The notes beneath the pieces were generated by a model that was not told where the DNA came from, did no database searches, and worked only from the letters and a program-made list of their open reading frames with translations. A program made the position numbers and the translations under genes. Of a stretch of 64,000 nt of DNA, positions 26,993-38,627 are shown piece by piece; within the stretch, counting starts at the first letter, position 1, and each line of letters begins with the position of its first letter. The DNA comes from Raillietiella orientalis (taxonomy: Eukaryota), in the NCBI GenBank assembly GCA_036172245.1, contig JAYWIR010000035.1:434001-498000 (forward strand), read 5' to 3'.

Positions 26993-29900
26993 ATGTCTTG
27001 GTGTCATGCACGCCCGTTTTACGTTTCCCGAACCGTTTCGAGATTTTTGAAATTTCAAACCAGAACAACGTATATAGTTTTGTAAGTATAATGGGATTGT
27101 AAATACCCGAGATATATAACGAAACTATATAGAGTGAAGAACTCTGAATTTCCTATGCATGAAACAAATATAACTTGTAAAGCATTTTTCTCCAAAAGAT
27201 TAGGAATGAATTAGGCAATGAAATTATCACATAGATTACTTAATTACCACACCATATCTATTCGAGATAGTAACGATTGATTTTAGGAAACAGTCCTAAG
27301 GATTGATCGTTGCAAAATTGTGTTGTCTTTCAATTATATATTATGTATGATTTGTTGTGTTGATATTTTGTTGCACATATAAGTTTTATGAATTGCAGCA
27401 GCAATAATCGATTGTTAGAATCCGCATTCTAAGTACTCATTGCGTGAATCAGTATCACGGTAAAACGTACATTCAAACAGTTTGGGGTCTTGTTCAATTT
27501 GGATAACTGATTTATGTATATGATAGAGTGATCCTTTAGGAAGAAAACAAAAGCAGTGCACTGTAAGCTGATTTGGTTGAATTAAAGTTCGTACACTTGC
27601 TGCTGGGTAATAGAGGAGCAAGATTTTGTTACATAAGAGAGGAATACATCTTTATAAAGCTATGAAAGTAGATGCAAACTCATGATTGATGGGATGGTGA
27701 ATTCTCTTTTTAATGCTGTGAAACAAATTCTTGTTTCAAAAACTTTTGCTACAACTTGCATAGCTTATCACGTGAACAGCTCACTTTTTTCACTTAGTCT
27801 ATTCTTATCATTCTCTCAAAGTATTGGGTTGAATTCTCGAGTGCTGAATTTAATTATTTGCAAGATATAGTTTCATTATGTTCAATTTACTTATCTGTGT
27901 GATAGAGATTCCATGTTCATGTTTTTAAGACAGTCCAGTGGAAGATAGTTGTTTTCCTTTCATTCACTTATTCGGAGAGTTCTAAAATTTCCTATTTTAA
28001 GAGTCTTGGAGTAGCTTCAAGTCAAATTGTGTCAGGCATTCTGTAAATGGTTTGATATTTATGCATATATGTTCTATATTTCTAATTAAAGCAAATGGAT
28101 TTGGGTAACGGATCTTTAGATGTTATATAGTTTACTGTTTTGGGTTGATTGTGAAATAGTAATCAGAGTTAATAGAAAAATTCTAATGCAGCAAATGTGT
28201 TTTCAGTTCAACATGGATGACATTGTAAATTGAAATTCTAGGCAAAATTTTCTTTCAAATAATTTCCAATAAATATGAATCCTAGATTTATTCATCTGTA
28301 TAACAGCTGTGAGAATTCTATTGGTTTTTAAATTTTTTCCAGTGATTTCTTTTTTTGTGTGTTCTAAATCTTGAATAGAAAATGCAAATGAATGAAGTGA
28401 TTTTATCCTTTCTCATTGTTTGGTGATCAGCAGTGAATTGCCCTTAGTGCTTATGAAGAATAGAAAATATTCTGAGTAAATGATTGTCTTTGTATATTAT
28501 TGCAGGTTCTTTGAGTGTTTCTTGGTTTCATTTCTCAGTCCAATTATACGTGCGGTTTAATTGATGGATAATTTCCCTGTAAATTCAGGATTGGTGAGAA
28601 AGAGAGAATATGATTAGCCAGAGAATAAATTTGGAAGTCATCAGACATAAATGCTACCAGATGCAGTATAAATAAGAAAATTATAAGAAGAATCGGTCAA
28701 GGTTATTTAAGGGATTGATAATTAAAGAGAAAAAAGAATCTTATGTGGATAGGAGGATATAATTAACCAGAGAATGAGATATTGAATTCATCATGTTGCA
28801 ATGTCTTTACGCATACCAAAGAAAAATCATTTAAAAATATTCACCATATTTATTCAATGTTTTCTTTCAAAATTGCTAGCATATTTAAAAATTGAATGCA
28901 GGGAAGTCTTTCAGAAGAGATTTTTATGTACATACATAACTTCAAATAATCAAATTGAATTCCAGATAGAATAAATCAAATTGAATTGAATTCATCTTTA
29001 ACTTTGTTCAACCATTTGAGATTTCAAAAATCTTTTTTCATAATATGACTTGGTTAAATGTGGTCAACCTTTGTTAATTTTTGATTGTTATTTCGTGGTT
29101 ATTTCTCCTCATTGTTTTATTTAATTTGTTCTAGAATCCCCGAAATTCCTGGTGCTAGTGCTGATATAAGTTTATTATTTGATATTAGAAGATATCCAGA
29201 TTTTAAATCTTTAGATTTCAAGGAATGCTATTTTGCCATAGGAAGGGCTCTTTTTGAATATGAATCAAATATTAATGAACTTGAAGACAAAGTGAAAAGT
29301 AAGAGAACAAATGTGGATTCCTAACTATGTTTGGTTTAATAAAACAGTGCAATGTTTTGTGCTGCTTGAATCTTTTAGTAACTATTATATTTATCTGGTT
29401 AACAGTTTTCTATGAAATAATGTTTTGGGCATAGAAAATCATCTGACAAAAATTGCGAATTATTGCAGATCTTTTATCCTTACTTGCATGTTCGTGTGTT
29501 CATATTTCAATTTGGGATCAAGGTGATTTAACGATTTTTCGAGCCTATAATGTGAGTCCTAATACATTGCAGATGCCTGCTAAACTACTTTAGCATGTTT
29601 TATGGTACTGTTTCAACAGTAGTCAAAATCTAATAATTCTTCATATATGACAAAAAAAATGGCTAGCCATTAAAAAAAGTGTTATTTGTATCTAATGCAT
29701 ATTTTTAGGTAATGTCTCAAATGACTTTTCAACAGTTGTTAAACCAATTGAAAAGTATAGTGTACCTCTCGAGTTTTCTTTGTGTACATTCAAAGTTTTG
29801 CATTACGCACGACATGATCTCATTCCTGATAACCAATATTATCCAGTGTATCATCATGCCATGAAAGTTTTAAATATGAAATATTTGAGTACTCCGATTT

Positions 29901-32098
29901 ATCGTGCCATTAAGGTTATTGATGTAAAATTATAAAAAGTTGGGTCATAACTTTTTTTTTATACTAAAGAATATTCATGGAAGTCAAGGAGTGACAGATG
30001 AACTGCAGAAAAAGGTAATCAGGAAACTTTTGCTGGAAATGGAACTGCGTGGAATTGATGAAGTAAAAAGTAAACGGTTGCAGTTAGACAATTGTTCGCA
30101 AGAACTTCAGAAAAAATGCGCACAATTTAAAAAAAATTTAGAGGTGAAGATTTCTAAACCTTGTTTAATTCTGAAGCTTTTTTTGTAGTTATCGTCTTCC
30201 CAATTTTCCTGCAATATTAACAACCCTTATATAGTCAAAGAGTTCCCCCCAAGTTTACTGTCAGCAATGTCTGCAAATAGGTAGAATGATTGAGTAAAAT
30301 TTATTAAAAACATAGATTTTTATTAGTAAGATGCCAGAAATGGGACCATGGAAAGTCACATTGAAGCATGAGGTCTGTCTTCCCTTCCTTGAATATTGTC
30401 CCGATCGTATTTTACGCTGGAATACATGGCAAGCATTAGTTTCATGTGGAATGGTACTCACAGAAACGGAAAACAACAGCCTTACCTTAGAACAAATCAG
30501 AAATTTGAGGTAAAATAGTAAAACGCAGGTACTATGAATTGAATTAAATAGACAGCAGCAAGCAAAATTGTTGGGATATCCAAATTATGTGACATTATCA
30601 TTGAACACCAAAATGGCTAAGAGTGTGGATAATATTTTGTCAGTCCTTTCAACTCTTGCATCAGCTGCCAAATTAAAGCAGGAGGAAGATATTAGTGTTT
30701 TGCAAGAATTTGCTCTAAAATCTGGATTTAAAGGGAAATTAGAACTATGGGATGTACCATATTGGCGGCGTAAACACAAATCTTGTTTTCAGTAATTTAA
30801 GCATGTATTTATTATTTTTTGTGGGTTTATACTTTTTGTTGCAGATTGGATGAAACTGATGTTTGCAAATTCTTTCCATTATCTCATGTTTTAACACAGC
30901 TGTTTGATCTGTGCAGTCGCTTATTTGATATTAGCTTTTCTGAATGTACTAATGAGGTCAACACATGGGATGATCAAGTAAGGTTCTTTAAAGTGAAAGA
31001 TAGCAGTGGCAAGCAAATGGGGGCTTTCTATCTAGATCCATGTATGAGGTAGTTGATTATTCCTGCAAGGTGAAAATTTTACATGTTTCTGTAGATCAAA
31101 TAAAAAGTTACCAGTATCTGCTCATGGGACAACATTAGCCATTCTTCCTCGAAGTGCTGTGCTTGGCACTGAACCTCTTGTTACCCTTATTTTTAACTTC
31201 CGACCACCAAATCCAGGACAACCGATTTTACTTACTTTCAATGATATGCTTTCTCTTTTTGAAAAGGTGAGAAATATGAGTGTTATGTATTCCTAGCAGA
31301 AATTTTTTCTTCCAATTTTTGAAGTTTGGAAGTATGCTGCAGCATGTTCTTAGTGAGGTTGAATATAGTGACTTGTCTGGAACAGCAAACATGGAATGGG
31401 ATGTAGTTTGCTTTCCAGCTTACTTTATGGCTAACTGGTCAGCTATACTTACTAAATGTCTGTGCTTGATATTATGCTCACATGAAGGTTACTTAATACA
31501 CACATGTTACGGAACTTTAGTTGCCATTATGAAAATAGAAATCAACTGAGTGATGAACATTGCCAGGCTTTGATTTTTGCTCATCTGCATATGGCTTCAT
31601 ATGATTTAATGCAGGAATTATATTGCAGCCATCTTGATTTAGAGTTGCATTCCAGGTAAGTTGTACTAATTTTAAAATTTCATGGGATATCTCTCTAGTT
31701 CTACTTTCTGGTTGGATATAGTCAAGAGATTGTGGCCACAATATTTTCCATTTGCTCTAGAAAAGAAAGATCAGCATCCATGTTCTTTTGAGCAGATATT
31801 TAGTGGAGGTTTAGGAGCTGGTTACTATTCAAGAATTTGGTCCAAAATGCTGGCAGCAGATACCTTTGAAAAGTTTCAAGATCATTACCCAGATGTTGCT
31901 AAAATCTCTCAGTTAGGACAAAGGTTAGTTTTTCTATTTTTCTTTTGCTTATAGTTGCATAGTTTTCGCTCCAACTTTTTGATTCATGGAGGAGCTTTGG
32001 AATCGTCAATCAAGTTCCACGAATTTTTGCAGCGTGATCCATCTCCAGAAGCTCTTCTTAGATTGTTGGGAATCTCTAGCAAGTCCACAGCAAAATAG
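26993..32098 (+). CDS. Peptidase M3 / oligopeptidase A-like protein, predicted catalytically inactive, 721 aa. Exons: 26993-27081, 29135-29298, 29709-29914, 29970-30143, 30189-30280, 30327-30509, 30552-30791, 30845-31048, 31095-31266, 31325-31437, 31488-31655, 31699-31923, 31963-32098
   Basis: GPWKVTL, LEQIRNLRQQQAKLLGYPNY, LELWDVPYWRRK, FFPLSHVL, GAFYLDP, MEWD, HPCSFEQIFSGGLGAGYYSRIWSKMLAAD, FLQRDPSPEALL. Joining exons 1 and 2 gives YIVLIPEIP. The exons sum to 2166 nt in one frame. Confidence 0.92.
27420..28050 (+). mobile_element. Old hAT transposase relic in intron 1 of the M3 gene
   Basis: KQFGVL; GMVNSLFNAVKQ...FATTCIAYHVN (~G..NSV...LK...C.CH..HL); LRQSSGR*LFS...IRRVL (~LRH..TRWLSL...I.RVL), in the expected order. 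Confidence 0.5.
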
Positions 32099-32799
32099 TT
32101 TTACTGGAAAATGAAGTGTCATTCTTTTATTGGGAAATTAACATTCAAACCTTGATCAGTTTGATGGTAGAAAAGTCGTAGAAGTATTTAGGTACACTTT
32201 CAATTTATATAAGTGCATTATGATACCAGTAATATGACTATGAGTAAATTGAAAGAATAAAACCCATTTAATTAAAGAGTTATATTGGTTGACTTTTTGA
32301 TTAAGCTGTTTTCATTCATAAATAGTTGGTGCTTTAGATATCAGATGAAAGTGAAAGAACAGATTTTTGTCAAACTCAAATATTCTCAATTGCTCATATG
32401 CGTACATGTTTTTTCATATGCACTCACAGGTTTCATCTAATAAAAATTGACAATTTGGAAGTGTTAAAAAGCTGCGTCACATCGTATTTTTATTCAAGTC
32501 CACTTATGTCCAAAGTTTCTGCATCCAAAACAAAATGTATTTGTGGTTGTGCTCAATTTAAAATGCTTTTGTTTTTGGATTGCAGTTGAATTGGGATAGA
32601 ATTGAAAATTATGGATATGAAAAATGTATACATCATCTAGAAGGAATACTTAGCTAAATATAGGGATTTTTAATATTTCTCATTGACTTTGCGGGCACCT
32701 TATTTGTAATGATGATTTGTAAACTGACCTTTATTGTTTTACTTTGAGTTTGTCAGTATCATTGCCTTTTGATTGGGATCCTAGTGAAGAATCAAAAAC

Positions 32800-35150
32800 A
32801 ATGCTTTTCTTGTTTGTTATACTTTCCATTTCTTTTCTTTAAATATGAGCAAAACTGTAAGACCAAAACCCTGAAGAACTTGCAAACATCTAGAAATATG
32901 TTCCAATGAATAACTGAAGATTAAAACAATTGAGGCTACACAAAGAATGAGAAATCCGAAAAACAATTCTAGGATGAATTTATTCGATGTAAGCTGGAGT
33001 CTTTTTCTTAAATTTATGGAATCTGATGGCTCCAAAATTTCCAAAAACTTGCCAGGTATTCAACAGTGGACACCCACAAGTGTTTTTTTGAGTCTCCGAA
33101 GTAATGTATTATTCATTAAGGCGCAAATATTGTATTTATTTTATTGTATTTAAGGTAGCGGAAACTAGTACTGGCTTCTCATTTCTAAGGAGTCCAGGCT
33201 TATGCTCAGCTTGTTTCAGTACTAGGGTATCGTGTTGATTGATTTTCATAAAAAAATTATAAAAAATTATGCATCAAGGCCATTCTCAGTTTTTAATTCC
33301 TTAAATAACGTATCCGTTTATGGCCCACTTATAGCATGATTAATTTGTTTTTAAAATGAATAAATAGCATGTATAAACATTTCAGGAGACCCAAAGTGAA
33401 GAGAAAAAAACTGAAGAATTTTTTTTTTTCAATCAAAATTTTGTCTTGAGGAGCAGGGCAGTTTAACTGCCAACGCATAAGCAGCATTACATAGAAAAGA
33501 CTTGGTTGACCAGCAGCAGTATATTTGTATGTTTAGTAACAACGTAATAGTTGTAATACCCCCTTCTTTATCACTGCCATGTTGCATAAAATGTTACGGA
33601 TCAACTTTCTCCATGTGAAAAGAATTACAAATGCCACATGTTGCTGACGAATGTCGGAGTGAATATCGTTGTTCGCAACAAGGGTAATAACTTTTTCTTG
33701 AACTCGAATAAAATTACTTATTTCTTCGTCCCTTTATGAAAGGTTCCATGTGAGGAAGTGTTGTAAATAATTCTTTCACGAGCTGTAAAAGCACATGTTT
33801 CTTCTCTCTTGCTGAAAGACAGCCTGGGGGTGCCTGTGCTAGCTTGCATTTTATCGTTTTCGGTTTCCGTGGTTTGCAAAATCTTCTCAGTAATTTCTAA
33901 GTGAATTTTCTATGTAGTTCAGTCTATACAAAGTTCTTCATCAAGGTCCTTCTCCAATGGAGTTTTGAAGCAAAACGGTTGGTTGTTAATTTGTCAACAA
34001 CATTCTGTTAACTTGGAAAATCCATTACAAGCATTTCATCTCAGCTGAGATGGAAAGCATCACTTGTTTTGAGCACAAGACTTTCTCTGTGCAGAAAATG
34101 TGCATTCATGGCTGAAAAACAAACGACTTTTTTCATCTGTTTGTTTGTTTTCTATTTCCATCTTGCTTCCTTTAAGTGCCACATAAAAAGATGCATCAAC
34201 GCATCTAGTCAATTCAGAAAGACTTTGCGGTATTGCCCAAGGGATAGTTTCCTAATCTTGAGAGTTTCGTGGAGATTGCTGTTACACATAATTTCCCCAT
34301 GACCAGGCCCTTTGACTTTTGCACCCCTACAGGCAATGCTACAGAATATAGTCAGCCTTTACTGAATTGTGGGGTCGGATGCGATTGTATTTCACACAAA
34401 TCTGCATCGTTCATGTCGTACAAGTCGTGCATATGGCTGGAGGACTGGTCCGATGTCACATCAGCTGTCTGCAGTCATCTGTTCATGAACATTTTTTCGT
34501 ATATACAGCAATGGTTGCTGGGAATAGGTACTGAAGAACTCTGTAACGACACTCAGGCGTGCAGCATTATCTTTACCAATACTGTCTCACCCTGCTTTTC
34601 CTTAGGTAAAGATGGATGACTAGGAATTCCAATTACTTTACCCTGAGGAAAATGATTCAGGGAAAATTTATAAATTGTTCCCTGAATATTTAATAGGAGC
34701 TTTGTTATAATCTTTTCGTGCCTGTTTCATTTTTTGCAATTTTATACCAGATTTATTTTTGAAGAGTAGTTGATATCTACGGAGGAATGCAAATTTGTTC
34801 ATCAATTTACGTTTTGCCTCAGGGTTCTTATATAGCAGTCGCATCTGTAATCTTCGGCTTTTCTAGATTTCTTTCCGAAGTTCTATTCCATCGTTTTTTC
34901 TGCCAGCATAATCATTGCTGCATCTGCTTCTTTTTAAATGAAATGCTGCTATCCTGCATGCACCGTGCAAAATCCATGTACCAAAACTCAAGGCACCCTT
35001 ATGGTCACAATGCCCTCCTTTGACCCGAACGGAAGACCTTTCTTGGCCTATAACTGACCGAAAATGTGGAATTTTTCGTGGGGAATTGCCTGCCCTTCAA
35101 AATGTCTTGTGGTTCGCATGGTAGCACGTTTTCGCCCGGAAACGGCTCCG
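32800..35150 (-). mobile_element. Highly decayed hAT (ZMYM1/Tip100-like) transposase relic
   Basis: Ordered remnants: LPCEPQ...FP and WYMDF...ADAA (TTF-type zinc finger), ADVTSDQSS (~DETTDIS), HFLHRESLVL (~C..HRLNLVL), LRRLKK..LWVS (~TRW), LQLTSNKFILEL...ISRCLQ. Confidence 0.45.
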
Positions 35151-36409
35151 GCTCCGAGGGAAGCCATGTGTTCCTTTTGCTAATGGAACCCTACTCGACA
35201 GTTTTAAATAAGGATCCTTTTCATGTACCGCACTTTTTCAGCGTCAAAACCGGAAATTCCCTGCAAACGTAAAGGGAATGGTATTTTAGAATATATGGAT
35301 CGTAATCCACAAAACAGCTCATTGCTCCCACCAATGGCGTTGTTAAATGATTGAGTGTCTGTTAAAGTTTGATTGCCATTGTTGCCACCATGGCATTCAA
35401 GTTGCTAATATTTAATTAGACAACCATTATATGGGATCATTTTTCCATATACGTTGAGAAATAGCAATTTATTTAATAAAAATTTCGAATTTTAGGTGTT
35501 CCTTTTTTCATCCACAATATATGTCCAAGTAATTCACCCATACACAATGAAAAAGTATGGTGTAGTACTCAAAAATAAAGTTTTCATTACTTTCTAGATT
35601 CCTGCTAAATTTTTTTTTCTCATTCATTCTCGGATGGCTTGCATCCAATCCACCATGTGCGCGTTGCATAATCAGTTATAATGGCGTGCACGTTTACGAT
35701 TCTTCCTTTACATTCGAAAACCTTACCATGAATCCCTTGGTGTCGCTCTTACTTTCACACTTTAAAATCCGGATATCTACCGCATGCTCTTCATATTTTA
35801 TGATCTCGATCTGCGTGCGTTGAGCTGCAGCCATCGCCGATCATGTCAAGTCACTGGCACAATCGATCATCACCATGTCCTTCACTGCTTTCCTTACTTA
35901 AGATCCTGTTCGTGTAAGTGTTCTTTTGTTTTCAGAGAGAGTGAGTTTGCTCCTGTTGATACAACATTGCTGTTGTCCTCGTCGTGTCTTGGAAAGAGCA
36001 TACTAGATTATGGAAACTGTCGAAACCCGCAGATGAGGAAGTTAACTCGGAATTCGATCCTAGGAGTTTGCTGTGAGCAGCTGTTTTCAGCTCTGTCAGT
36101 CCTTTTCAGTGAACGGAGGAGATTGCAGGAAACACAACGAGATCACCCAAGTGCAGAACTAGGTGCTCGAAAAGCATTCAACAAATGCTAAGTGTAAGAA
36201 CGTAAAAAAAGGGGTCAGGGCTTAACCTTACTGCCTTGTCTTTTAAAACTAATGTTATTTTGTGAATTCATATTTGCGTGTAACCCGGTTTATGGGTCGG
36301 CTTACTAATCTACGACACGATATGTAAGACACGTAGATTACATTATAAAGCAATAACTTGGATTCATGAATATGATTGTATTTTCCTATCAACAAGAGTT
36401 ATGCTTTCT

Positions 36410-36441
36410 TTGAAGCATTGAGGTATACCTCAATGCTTCAA
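36410..36441. repeat. Perfect 32-bp palindrome with no spacer
   Basis: TTGAAGCATTGAGGTA|TACCTCAATGCTTCAA is exactly self-reverse-complementary. Confidence 0.95.
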
Positions 36442-37607
36442 TGAGTAATTTCGAGTATCCTGGATTAATTTCTGATTCCCTTTCCATGCCGTATTATGCT
36501 TATAAAAAAGTCGTGTGCGTCATGTTCGTCGGATTAAGCTACGTCGTGTTCACTGTGCATTCATAGAAACCCTTTGGGTCACACGAAAACAGGACAGTCG
36601 ACCGAAAGCCCTTGTTTCATCACAAAATCCAGTCTTGCTGTCTATAATTCGAATTCCAAGAAAATCCAAACAACTTTTGCTCTCAAAGTCTGATTTATTT
36701 ATTTTTTATGCCAATTTTAGGATCTTTACATACTTTTGTTTTATCACTTCTAATGTTGAATACGCAAGTCACAGGATCAAATGCATTCCCATTAATAACA
36801 TAAACGTAACTTAAAATCTTTTGGCACATATTAATATTTATTTATTTTTTCTGATAGTAAACACAGATTTTCGAGCTTTCGACTGACACAGTTTTCTTGA
36901 TTGTCTGATGAGAATGATGGAATGAAGGATTCTTTAAATGAACGATTAAATGACAGAAATGATTTTTTACAGTACTGCAACAAGTATATACAATCGAAAT
37001 AAACAGATGTATCTCATATATATATATGTGTGTATATAAATCTACTTGCATGCACATATATACATATTTATACTGCGTATATGTGTACGTTTATGTGTGT
37101 CACATAATATTAATATAATATATGCACGAATACTACTCACATACTTGTTATGCATTTTACATAGGTACATCATGTGTATCAAGTTTGCCGTCTATGATAA
37201 TTGCAGCCTCTTGCTTTTTGCTACAGAGTTGGTACTTCATATTAATCAAGTTTAAAATAATGCAATTCCAGACCATTTCCCGAATGGTCACATCGGGAAA
37301 CGGAGGAATCTGTGAACTGAGAGAAACACGGAATTGCTGCTGCGAGGAAGGCGGTTACCCAAGCAGAAGTGGTCGCAATCTGTAGCACCTCCACGTCAGG
37401 GTTTTACGGGGGTCCGTGCTTCCTTGGTTACCGTTCCTTTTGTGGCAACGAAACTCAGCATTTTTCCAGACGATAACGAAACATTCGTTTCGACATTTGC
37501 AACGCAAAGCAATTCCTCCCCCGCAAGAGCAAAAAACAAACAAACAAACAAACAAGAACAAAAACACACACACAAAAAAAAACGCTCTTGCTTCAGTTGC
37601 CATCATC

Positions 37608-38627
37608 TTACAGGAAGTGGCGATCAATAGATTGGATCCATTCGTAGACACGGTCACATTTGATTCTCTTATCGAGACTGACATCAGAATTGAATAGAAG
37701 CTGCTTCAACAAAGTATTTTTATCTTCACAGCTGATGACAGAATTTTCGTAATAGGAAACAGGTCTTTTACACGTTCCAGGTTTTCCGAAAGTTTTTAGC
37801 AACCACCGGTAATTCAAGTACTTTGATACATGAGTGACTTGTATCCTTTTTTCAGGGTCGGGATCTAAGATTCTCCTCATCATGCGTATCAGCTTTGGAG
37901 AAAAGTGAGAGAACCTGTTGGGGATTTTTTGAAGTTTCCTTTTATGCCACTGGTTGAACTGGTAGAAATGAGGGTCGGAAGACTCCGCTCGTTGCCAGGG
38001 CAGCGAGCCCGTCAGGAGGACATAGATCATCATAGCAAGACCCCACACATCTTGAGAGGGTTCCATACCGTAACTTTCATTAAGAGGTGTTTCGCAGATC
38101 TCAGGAGAAGCGCATGGCAACCATGCGTTCTTCTTCTTCACTAGATCTCCGCGTCTCCTGGTTGTGCCAAAGTCACATAACTTCACACGGGAAAAGTCGC
38201 TCTCGAACACCAGAATTTTTTCCGGTCTCAAATCACCGTGTACCAAGTCTTTGCTGTGCATGAAATCCAGAGCTGAGATCACTTGTCTGATTACCAGCTT
38301 TGTTTCCATTTCTCCCAAGCTCTGTTCACTCAAGTATGAAGTCAGGTCACCGAAAGGGGCGTACTCTTGAGCAAACAGGTAACATTGGTCGTTCTGGAAA
38401 GCCACGTCGTATGTGCTGAGGATGTTGCCATGAGGACTCAGGTAGTAAGAGTAATGGAACTCCCGATAAAATTCACTTTTCGACACTTTGTGCTTGCAAA
38501 GAGCCTTCAAGACCACTTCGCTCCTTGTTCTCAAGTGCTCCACAAGGTAGAGGTTCGTGGAAAACCCTCCGAAAAGTGTGTGGATGATTTCATACTCGTC
38601 CGTGAGGTTGACCTGGGAAATTTCCAT
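37608..38627 (-). CDS. meng-po: SBK-family Ser/Thr kinase (meng-po/SBK1-like), intronless CDS, 339 aa, atypical catalytic loop
   Basis: EVVLKAL, FYREFHYSYYLSPH, TYDVAF, FAQEYAPFGDLTS, HGDLRPEK, VKLCDFG, LTGSLPWQRA, and C-terminal DRVYEWIQS. An in-frame TAA two codons upstream supports ATG 38627 as the start. The symbol is a family-level call. Confidence 0.9.
   Translation of the reverse strand: MEISQVNLTDEYEIIHTLFGGFSTNLYLVEHLRTRSEVVLKALCKHKVSKSEFYREFHYSYYLSPHGNILSTYDVAFQNDQCYLFAQEYAPFGDLTSYLSEQSLGEMETKLVIRQVISALDFMHSKDLVHGDLRPEKILVFESDFSRVKLCDFGTTRRRGDLVKKKNAWLPCASPEICETPLNESYGMEPSQDVWGLAMMIYVLLTGSLPWQRAESSDPHFYQFNQWHKRKLQKIPNRFSHFSPKLIRMMRRILDPDPEKRIQVTHVSKYLNYRWLLKTFGKPGTCKRPVSYYENSVISCEDKNTLLKQLLFNSDVSLDKRIKCDRVYEWIQSIDRHFL

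Noticed and set aside
16645..31962. Non-canonical or U12-type introns
   Set aside because: Every reconstructed intron is GT-AG, and none has the U12 GTATCCTT donor.
35784..36191. 135-aa ORF with TIDHH and RKLTRNSIL, a possible APE relic or small gene
   Set aside because: Too few motifs to call, and no splice or codon support for a host gene.
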